DNA of 64,000 nucleotides from Mobula hypostoma (lineage: Eukaryota): NCBI RefSeq assembly GCF_963921235.1, contig NC_086097.1:183274001-183338000 (forward strand), read 5' to 3'. Shown here in pieces: positions 62,593-64,000 of this stretch (positions are counted from its first letter, which is position 1; each line of letters begins with the position of its first letter). The notes under the pieces were generated by a model. It was given only the letters and a program-made list of their open reading frames with translations. It was not told the origin of the DNA and did not search any database. The translations under genes were made by a program, and so were the position numbers.

Positions 62593-63360
62593 GACGAATA
62601 AACTCTTTTTGGGCTTCTAGCCAGGTATAGATATCGATTTTAACCAACATTTTGATGACAGACTCTGCCATCTTCTTCAGGGATGATGCCTGGGCATCTT
62701 CAGTCCTGTGGTATATATAACCCTGTTGTCCATCCCTCCTGATTGATTAGTCATCATCCAATCAGGCTTCCGCTGTTCCACCTTGTTTACGATGGAATTC
62801 CAGTTCTTGGAGTGAGATCTTCATTTTTGTTAAAATTCTTTTCCTCTAGTTTTATTTCCACGTCTTCCTTCACCAGGTGATCCCAAAAGCCATTGGCATG
62901 GTACAGTAGTTTTGTGCCGTCAAAGTCAATCCTGCCGCCACTACGAATGCAGTGTTCTGCTGCCATCCATTTCTCCAGGGAACCCAACAAGGTACACTTC
63001 CTGTGGTCCTCGATGCAGGTTTCCACTGTGTGTCCTGTCCCCATATACGTTGCTCCACATTCATAGGGAATCTTGTAAACATCAGCCATCCTGAGTCCCA
63101 GGTCATCTTTGAACTACATACACTGTGATTTAAGCCTCCCTGCTGGTTTGTGGATGGTTTTAATCCTGTAATTCTTCAGGATCCTAATGACCCTTCCAGA
63201 ACTTTGGAAATATAACGAAAACAGGTGGTAGTGATAAGCAGAAGGAATCTGTCCGCAGAGCTTGTCATCGAAACGTCGGTTAAAATCAATACTCGTACCC
63301 GGCTGGAAGCCCGAAAGAGTTAATTCGTCATATATGCCATGAAAGCACTAGATCCTTTTT
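62593..63360 (-). mobile_element. Penelope-like element: GIY-YIG fragment with inverted terminal repeats
   Basis: VYKIPYECGATYMG; arms about 62595-62668 / 63255-63330; TSD C(A/G)ATGTTTAAAA. Confidence 0.85.
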
Positions 63361-63609
63361 CGATGTTTAAAAAATAGTTAGATAGATACCTGATAGGAAA
63401 TGTGTTGAGGGGTATGAGCTTAAGTGGGCATATAATATCAGCAGAAACAGGTATCCGTCACATTTTCAGATTCTAAATAGTTTACGCTGTCTTTCTCCCA
63501 AGCTAATGAGGAAATATTAATGCTATAGAAATTTATTGCTCCACAGAAGATTACTAATCCGGTTGAATAGATCAGAATTTACATGAAGTTTAAGTTCAAG
63601 TTTATTAAG

Positions 63610-64000
63610 AGACAGAATCTACAAGCATTTGGATAGACCGGGACTTATTAGGGAGAGTCAACATGGCTTTGTGCGTGGTAGGTCATGTTTGACCAATCTA
63701 TTGGAGTTTTTCGAGGAGGTTACCAGGAAAGTGGATGAAGGGAAGGCAGTGGAAGTTGTCTACATGGACTTCGGTAAGGCTTTTGACAAGGTCCCGCATG
63801 GGAGGTTAGTTAGGAAAATTCAGTCGCTAGGTATACATGGAGAGGTGGTAAATTGGATTAGCCATTGGCTCAATGGAAGAAGCTAAAGAGTGGTAGTAGA
63901 GAATTGCTTCTCAGAGTGGAGGCCTGTGACTAGTGGTGTGCCGCAGGGATCAGTGCTGGGTCCATTGTTATTTGTCATCTATATCAATGATCTGGATGAT
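63610..64000 (+). mobile_element. CR1 RT fragment running off the window end
   Basis: QHGFVRGRSCLTNL, DFGKAFDKVPH, SGVPQG; in-frame stop at 63884. Confidence 0.92.

Noticed and set aside
59653..64000. Next upstream TMEM67 exon (LCPD...)
   Set aside because: Not found by manual scan; probably beyond the window end

Overview
This is vertebrate genomic DNA. The repeat set (CR1, Rex1, Penelope, V-SINE, Gypsy) suggests a cartilaginous fish, probably a ray; that assignment is inference. The window lies inside the ciliary gene TMEM67 (meckelin) on the minus strand. I read seven consecutive coding exons with GT-AG ends and compatible phases, 157/124/106/57/99/99/87 nt, which from memory correspond to human exons 12-18. 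Positions 1-29.2 kb are one C-rich satellite built from 38/36/31/29-bp monomers with kb-scale higher-order duplications. It ends in an LTR-like terminus and lies in the intron after the last visible exon. The remaining introns are filled with nested retroelements, including a CR1 ORF2 broken by a single frameshift and Penelope-type elements carrying hammerhead ribozyme motifs. A CpG-rich patch at 33.1-33.8 kb, with X-box and NRF1-like motifs and a splice donor, suggests an unannotated intronic promoter and possibly a nested antisense gene. Nearly all other ORFs in the track are spurious or transposon-derived. All family assignments come from motif recognition, not database searches.
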